Origin: a virus | DNA: 6,075 nt | IMG/VR virus record: IMGVR_UViG_3300020030_000065 | Location: 1 to 6,075 of that record | Reading direction: 5' to 3' (one strand) | Shown: in pieces, positions 5,600 through 6,075 of the stretch | Position numbering within the stretch: position 1 is the first letter of the stretch | Layout of the letters: every line of letters starts with the position of its first letter | The notes under the pieces: generated by a model | Told to the model about the DNA's origin: nothing | Seen by the model: only the letters and a program-made list of their open reading frames with translations | Databases searched by the model: none | Program-made: the position numbers and the translations under genes

Positions 5600-6075
5600 T
5601 TAGACCATACGGTTAAATATATTATTAGCATCATTAAGCTTCTTATGCTTAATCATATCACGACAGAATGTTGCACTACGGAACCTGAGTTGGTCAAGGA
5701 TCTGAATTGTTTCACGTGAAATATTCGACAAGACATCAATCTCTTGCCCGTTCTGAGGCAACGCAAACATACAATCTGAGATTTCAGGGTATTGGGCACG
5801 GATGTTATATGCATCTCGTAGACTTTCATAATTTTTTTTCGTCTCATATTCTATTCCAGTTTTGACGATAAACATAATACGATTGGCATAAGGATCAAGA
5901 TTATCACCGATGGAAGGCAGATGCCAATTCCTAAGAAACTTACTGACATGAAGGAATAGCCGATACAACTTATTAATATAAGATTTAATATCGACATCAG
6001 AAGAACTGTTACAGAGCCGAGTAAGGCACCGAGCATTATGTAATATAATTTCGTCTTCATTGGTTAGGTGATGAT
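5600..6075 (-). CDS. C-terminal part of the same Rep (VP4); 5955..6075 duplicates 1..121
   Basis: Reading frame stays open from the window edge to the TAA at 5602-5600 (...DANNIFNRMV*); the track ORF 5600..5968 is an internal-Met fragment of it. Codon phase is identical to the 1..1325 CDS after circularisation at 5954 bp. Confidence 0.9.
   Translation of the reverse strand, partial: HHLTNEDEIILHNARCLTRLCNSSSDVDIKSYINKLYRLFLHVSKFLRNWHLPSIGDNLDPYANRIMFIVKTGIEYETKKNYESLRDAYNIRAQYPEISDCMFALPQNGQEIDVLSNISRETIQILDQLRFRSATFCRDMIKHKKLNDANNIFNRMV
5708..5723. other. parS-like palindrome (TGTTTCACGTGAAATA)
   Basis: 15/16 identity to the bacterial parS consensus TGTTTCACGTGAAACA; contains the perfect 12-bp palindrome TTTCACGTGAAA (5710-5721). 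Motif match is direct; function untested. Confidence 0.45.
5955..6075. repeat. Direct terminal repeat, copy 2 (circular-genome overlap)
   Basis: Exact 121-nt match to 1..121; collapsing it restores a continuous rep frame. Confidence 0.97.

Noticed and set aside
5591-5602. 12-bp palindrome TAATTTAAATTA between rep and the capsid gene
   Set aside because: Purely A/T palindrome in an AT-rich 5' leader; easily arises by chance and is consistent with an ordinary AT-rich translation initiation region.
5653-6060. Minus-strand ORFs 5653..5847 and 5851..6060
   Set aside because: Alternate frames overlapping the Rep C-terminus. The second is hydrophobic (MKTKLYYIMLGALLGSVTVLLMSILNLILISCIGYSF...) and briefly attractive as a membrane protein, but it runs across the frame occupied by Rep without supporting evidence; a comparative overlapping-gene test would be needed.
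1-6075. Xer/dif integration site, as used by some integrating microviruses
   Set aside because: By eye I looked for CATAA-N6-TTATG-type arrangements on both strands and found only partial AT-rich matches (e.g. gcataattatgg near 1430-1442, without a spacer); nothing good enough to claim. A PWM search with host dif sequences would decide.
1-6075. CRISPR arrays, tRNA/rRNA genes, transposons, reverse transcriptase or defence systems
   Set aside because: No regularly spaced repeats, tRNA T-loop signature, transposase motifs or RT motifs seen on either strand; the whole window is explained by a microvirus genome.

Overview
The window looks like the essentially complete genome of a small circular ssDNA phage (Microviridae; the capsid and Rep sequences look most like the Bacteroidota-associated, Alpavirinae-type lineages), given in the non-coding orientation so that every credible gene is on the minus strand. 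Bases 1-121 are repeated exactly at 5955-6075, implying a circle of 5954 bp cut inside the replication gene. Gene order in coding direction: 64-aa hypothetical -> 27-aa putative membrane peptide ('smalltalk'-like) -> M15-type peptidase -> HUH/two-tyrosine Rep (559 aa, split by the window ends and missing from the ORF track except for its C-terminus) -> major capsid protein -> 151/147-aa hypothetical (scaffold candidate) -> DNA pilot protein -> about 390-nt GC-rich, hairpin-rich intergenic region. Notable points: a 15/16 match to the bacterial parS centromere consensus inside the Rep C-terminal coding region, a tightly overlapped putative lysis module, a peptidase that seems to lack the usual catalytic Glu, an intergenic region with CGCTCC repeats and nested hairpins, and a long alternate-frame ORF within rep.
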